Source: Rhodospirillales bacterium
GTDB taxonomy: Bacteria > Pseudomonadota > Alphaproteobacteria > Rhodospirillales > Casp-alpha2
DNA: 64,000 nucleotides
Direction of reading: 5' to 3'
NCBI GenBank assembly: GCA_965601835.1
Contig: OZ271842.1
Span: 909,630 to 973,629, forward strand
Shown: positions 60,209 through 64,000 of the stretch, one piece after another
How the letters are laid out: the number at the start of each line of letters is the position of its first letter
Position numbering within the stretch: the stretch's first letter is position 1
Translations under genes and position numbers: made by a program
The notes under the pieces: model-generated
Database searches by the model: none
The model's input: only the letters and a program-made list of their open reading frames with translations
Told to the model about the DNA's origin: nothing

Positions 60209-60245
60209 AACCCTTTCGTTCTCCAACGAAGGGGTTTTCTTTTTA
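60209..60245 (+). terminator. Rho-independent terminator (also usable by the convergent minus-strand gene)
   Basis: aaccctttcgtt-ctcc-aacgaaggggtt followed by ttctttttat. Confidence 0.7.
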
Positions 60246-60848
60246 TGGACAGGGGATAAGCCCCCCCACGGCGGACGCGACTTCGATCGCGCCGCCGCCC
60301 AGCGACAGGACCGTGGCCGCATTGGTCACCGGGTCGAGAATCGTCAGCGTTGCACGGGCGAGCGAGAGCGAGGCGCTACCGATCTGTGGGAAGATCACCG
60401 GCAGGCCACCACCCCCGCCAGGCCCGGCAGCCGTCTCGAAATCGTTCAGCTCATCCCAATTGGTCTGTCCGTCGCGCCCGCGTTCGACGACGATATCGAC
60501 ACCGATCATCCTGAGGCGCGGTAACGCCATCTCCCCTTGCAGCAAGGGCAGCAAATCAAGCTCGGCGACCATCGTTTCCGCCCGAAGCATATCCGGCCGC
60601 TGCCCCCACTCGGCGTTGCGGATACGAACGTCGCTCATCGCAACGCGCGGCGGAAACGACATCTGCAACTCAACCGGGCCGCCGATGGACAATCGGCCGG
60701 CGTAGGAGTTCTGCACCGTTTGCATCAATTCTTGGCGAAGGTCGCCGAACTCGCTGAGGCGGGCGTAGGAAATCAGCACCGCGATGCCCGCGACAACGAC
60801 GCCGATTTTGAGCAGCAGCTTCGACAATCGAAAGAATAAGCCAATCAT
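60243..60848 (-). CDS. AsmA-like N-terminal domain protein (short, 201 aa)
   Basis: N-terminal TM anchor, then ...L.GR.SIGG.V.L..SF.P.V...DV.I.N..W....DM......V.ELDLLPLL.G......L.....D...E as in AsmA N-termini. Confidence 0.55.
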   Translation of the reverse strand: MIGLFFRLSKLLLKIGVVVAGIAVLISYARLSEFGDLRQELMQTVQNSYAGRLSIGGPVELQMSFPPRVAMSDVRIRNAEWGQRPDMLRAETMVAELDLLPLLQGEMALPRLRMIGVDIVVERGRDGQTNWDELNDFETAAGPGGGGGLPVIFPQIGSASLSLARATLTILDPVTNAATVLSLGGGAIEVASAVGGLIPCP

Positions 60849-60879
60849 GGGGTCTCGGGGCTCCTATGAACCATACCGT

Positions 60880-61902
60880 TTAAGGGGCAACAATGGATGT
60901 CGGGCGGAATATCTCGGCGGCGGTTTTGGCGTGGGCGACCAAATCGTCCGGCAATACCTCGGCGATGCGCTTGGCGTTTTCTGCGGCCCCTTCCGCTTCG
61001 AATGCGGCGGCGATCAAAAACCATTTAAGCGCCTCGCCCCGGTCTTCGGGGGTCGCGCCCGGCCGGGTCGCCAACTGCTGGGCAAGGTGCATTTGCGCGG
61101 ATACCACGCCTGCCGAAGCAGCGGCGCGAAGATGAGCGAACGCTTCGTCCGGCAAGGCCGGTCCCCCGGCGCCTGCATACTGCATCAATGCCAAGTTAAA
61201 GCGGGCGAAGGGGTCCCCTTGCGCTGCCGCCTCGCCGAACCAAAACCGCGCCGCCGCGAGATCTTGCGCCGTATGCATACCGGCATGCAGCAGGCCGCCC
61301 AGGTCATACTGCGCGCGCGCCAACCCGGCTTCGGCGGCGGCCTCCAACAGCATCACGCCGGTCTCCGTATCGGTGGCGCCACCGATCCCTTGCAGGTTGG
61401 CCACCGCGAGATTGTAGGTCGCGGCCGTATGACCCAAGGAAGACGCGGCTTCAAATAGGCGCACCGCCTCCGCGGCATTCTGTTCACCCCCAATCCCGTG
61501 CAACCGCAAAACGCCAAGTGCATGGATCGACGCCGCGGTCTCCGCCGCCGCAGCTTCCTCGAACAATGCCAAAGCGTGGGCAGGATCACGCCCGCCGCCC
61601 AATCCGCGCCAGGTCATCACCGCCAGATTGTGGGTGCTGAGGCCGTGACCGGCATCGGAAAGCTCAGACCATTCGGCGCGCGCATCGCGTAAGTCGCCGG
61701 CATGAAACGCGGCCAGGGCCTCATCGAACGCCTGATCCACGGGGCTCGGCGCGCCACCATCCAACCCTTCGGGCAACATGATCCCGTCCAAATCGATGCC
61801 GGGCGGCACCTCCAAGGCTTGGGTCTGCGGCAATGCGGGCGTGCTCGGGGCCAGCCCCGCTGCGACCATCATCAACACCCCAACCATGCGGCGAATCCCC
61901 AT
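60880..61902 (-). CDS. Sel1-repeat (TPR-like) secreted protein
   Basis: At least five repeats of the A...LG..Y..G.GV..D...A..WF..AA..G...A type. Signal peptide from [16 protein letters not shown]. Confidence 0.8.
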   Translation of the reverse strand: MGIRRMVGVLMMVAAGLAPSTPALPQTQALEVPPGIDLDGIMLPEGLDGGAPSPVDQAFDEALAAFHAGDLRDARAEWSELSDAGHGLSTHNLAVMTWRGLGGGRDPAHALALFEEAAAAETAASIHALGVLRLHGIGGEQNAAEAVRLFEAASSLGHTAATYNLAVANLQGIGGATDTETGVMLLEAAAEAGLARAQYDLGGLLHAGMHTAQDLAAARFWFGEAAAQGDPFARFNLALMQYAGAGGPALPDEAFAHLRAAASAGVVSAQMHLAQQLATRPGATPEDRGEALKWFLIAAAFEAEGAAENAKRIAEVLPDDLVAHAKTAAEIFRPTSIVAP

Positions 61903-62081
61903 ACCGTACGTTAGCCGGGCGGCGGTTCGAATCAATCCGCAAGTTGCCGCCGTCGCAAACCGCCGCCTCGGCGTCGCAATACGAACAGACGCCATGTGTT
62001 GACGATGGGAAAGAAGGACCGGTAGCGTGGGGTGCGGAAACAAAAGAACGTATGGGGCGGACCGCAGCCTCGGCAGGGATT

Positions 62082-63332
62082 ATGCGCAAATACTCAATTT
62101 TCAGTCTGGCGCGGAACGCGCTCGGGTATCACCGCGATTGGCAAACCGCTTGGCGATCCCCCGACCCGAAGGCCGAATACGACGTGGTCATTATCGGCGG
62201 CGGCGGGCACGGGCTGGCGACGGCGTATTACCTCGCCAAGGAACATGGCATCACCAACGTCGCGGTGCTCGAGAAAGGCTGGCTCGGCGGCGGCAATACC
62301 GGGCGTAACACGACCATCATCCGCTCAAATTATCTGTGGGACGAGAGCGCGCATCTGTACGAAAAAGCGCTGCAACTCTACGAAGGCCTGAGCCAGGACA
62401 TCAACTACAACATCATGCTGAGCCAGCGCGGCGTTCTGAACCTGGCGCACAACCTGCACGACGTCCGCGAGACCCGGCGACGGGTCAACGCCAACCGCTT
62501 GAACGGCATCGATTCGGAATATTTGGAGCCGGACGGCATCCGCGAGATGGTGCCGATCATCAACCTCGACCCGACGATCCGCTATCCCGTGCTGGGCGCA
62601 TCGCTGCAGCGGCGCGGCGGCACGGCGCGGCATGACGCCGTCGCTTGGGGGTTGGCGCGGGCCGCGGACGATCGCGGCGTCGACATCATCCAGAATTGCG
62701 AGGTGACCGGCATCGACACCGATGGCGGCAAGGTCACGGGGGTACAGACGACCCGCGGCACGATCCGCGCCAAGAAAGTCGGCGTCGTCGTTGCCGGACA
62801 CTGCACGGTGCTGGCCGACATGGCCGGCATCCGCCTGCCGATCGAAAGCCACCCGCTGCAGGCGATGGTCACAGACCCGATCAAGCCGATCATCGACGTC
62901 GTTGTGATGTCGGGGGCTGTGCACTGTTATATCTCGCAATCGGATAAGGGCGAGCTGGTGCTGGGTGCCGGGATCGATCATCACACCGGGTACTCGCAGC
63001 GCGGCAGCCTGCACATCATCGAAGAGCAGATCGCCGCCGTCTGCGAGTTGTTCCCCCTGTTCAGCCGTATGCGGGTGATGCGCCAATGGGGTGGCATCGT
63101 CGATACCTGCCCGGACGCCAGCCCGATCATCTCCAAAACGCCGATCGACGGACTTTACTTCAACTGCGGCTGGGGCACCGGCGGTTTCAAAGCGACGCCG
63201 GGATCCGGCTGGGTGTTCGCGCACACCATCGCCCGTGACGAGCCGCACGAACTCAACGCGCCGTTCTCATTGGAGCGCTTCGTCACCGGTCACCTGATCG
63301 ACGAGCACGGCGCCGCCGCTGTGGCGCACTAG
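62082..63332 (+). CDS. soxB: Sarcosine oxidase subunit beta
   Basis: FAD motif [20 protein letters not shown]; [15 protein letters not shown]; C-terminus GWGTGGFK. Followed by soxD and soxA. ATG 62082. Confidence 0.9.
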   Translation: MRKYSIFSLARNALGYHRDWQTAWRSPDPKAEYDVVIIGGGGHGLATAYYLAKEHGITNVAVLEKGWLGGGNTGRNTTIIRSNYLWDESAHLYEKALQLYEGLSQDINYNIMLSQRGVLNLAHNLHDVRETRRRVNANRLNGIDSEYLEPDGIREMVPIINLDPTIRYPVLGASLQRRGGTARHDAVAWGLARAADDRGVDIIQNCEVTGIDTDGGKVTGVQTTRGTIRAKKVGVVVAGHCTVLADMAGIRLPIESHPLQAMVTDPIKPIIDVVVMSGAVHCYISQSDKGELVLGAGIDHHTGYSQRGSLHIIEEQIAAVCELFPLFSRMRVMRQWGGIVDTCPDASPIISKTPIDGLYFNCGWGTGGFKATPGSGWVFAHTIARDEPHELNAPFSLERFVTGHLIDEHGAAAVAH

Positions 63333-63343
63333 GGAGGTATCGC

Positions 63344-63628
63344 ATGTTTCTGATCCCCTGCCCTTGGTGCGGCGAACGCGAAGAGAGCGAATTCTCGTAC
63401 GGCCACGAAGCGCATATCGCGCGGCCGGAAAATCCGGACGCGCTCAGCGATGAGGCGTGGGCCGATTACTTGTTCATGCGCAAGAACCCGAAAGGCCCCC
63501 ACTTGGAACGGTGGGTGCACACGGCAGGTTGCCGACGTTGGTTCAACGTCGTGCGCAACACCCACACCAACGAAATACTGGCTGTCTACAAGATGGGCGA
63601 GAAACCGCCGAAGGGGTTGGTCGAATGA
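63344..63628 (+). CDS. soxD: Sarcosine oxidase subunit delta
   Basis: M.I.CP.CG.R...EF.Y zinc-site N-terminus, and W.H..GC..WF. Confidence 0.9.
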   Translation: MFLIPCPWCGEREESEFSYGHEAHIARPENPDALSDEAWADYLFMRKNPKGPHLERWVHTAGCRRWFNVVRNTHTNEILAVYKMGEKPPKGLVE

Positions 63629-64000
63629 CCCAATCCCATCGTCTGTCCGACGGCGGCCGCATCGACCGCGACGCACCGCTGGCGTTTACATTTAATGGCC
63701 GCCGTTACGAGGGGTACGAGGGCGATACGCTGGCGTCGGCCCTGCTTGCCAACGGCGTCATGCTGGTCGGGCGGAGCTTCAAATACCATCGGCCGCGCGG
63801 CATCATGACCGCCGGGATCGAGGAACCAAACGCGCTGGTGCAACTGGAGCGCGGCGACCGCACCATTGCAAACCTGCCGGCGACACGCATCCCGCTTTAC
63901 GAAGGCCTGGACGCGACCAGTGTGAATTGCTGGCCATCGCCGGGATTTGACCTGATGGCGGTCAAGGGTCTGTTCCACCGCTTGCTGCCGGCCGGTTTTT
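63625..64000 (+). CDS. soxA: Sarcosine oxidase subunit alpha, N-terminal 125 aa (runs off the window)
   Basis: ATGA overlap with soxD. F.F.G....G..GDTLASALLANGV.LVGRSFKYHRPRGI. Frame is open to the window end. Confidence 0.85.
   Translation, partial: MTQSHRLSDGGRIDRDAPLAFTFNGRRYEGYEGDTLASALLANGVMLVGRSFKYHRPRGIMTAGIEEPNALVQLERGDRTIANLPATRIPLYEGLDATSVNCWPSPGFDLMAVKGLFHRLLPAGF

Overview
High-GC (about 63-72% in the lines I counted) chromosomal segment. Gene content suggests an alphaproteobacterium: mcl1 of the ethylmalonyl-CoA pathway, meaB, bluB, small-type psd-pssA, overlapping ppiC-argJ-mutT, a GTTC-N7-GTCC SOS-type box before dinB, and hairpin-pair intergenic repeats. This taxonomic placement is inference. 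I call about 65 protein genes, mostly housekeeping: secA, xerD, aroK-aroB, accA, pyk, argJ, mutT, two isocitrate dehydrogenases, psd-pssA, an RND efflux pair with a LysR regulator, soxBDA, and an otnK/otnC acid-sugar cluster. I saw no rRNA, tRNA, CRISPR array, transposase or phage genes. The clearest accessory piece is a patchily lower-GC cassette of about 4.5 kb (11.6-16.1 kb). It holds a cobalamin riboswitch, a BtuFCD-like ABC importer and a divergent IspH/LytB-like Fe-S protein. This protein keeps the cluster cysteines but appears to have lost the HMBPP-binding residues. The cassette is bounded by a 43-bp direct repeat (a fragment of the neighbouring small membrane-protein gene) and by a MITE-like two-hairpin element with an inverted copy at 6.3 kb. 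Other points worth a second look: an operon encoding a 6 x 36-residue coiled-coil repeat protein coupled to a GAF-GAF-PAS adenylate cyclase and an RHH protein; tandem monomeric and dimeric IDH genes; a short BLUF photoreceptor; a 28%-GC divergent promoter region; a low-GC islet with a SHOCT lipoprotein; and an unlisted 52-codon ORF with its own terminator. All family assignments come from motif recognition by eye and memory. No searches were run.
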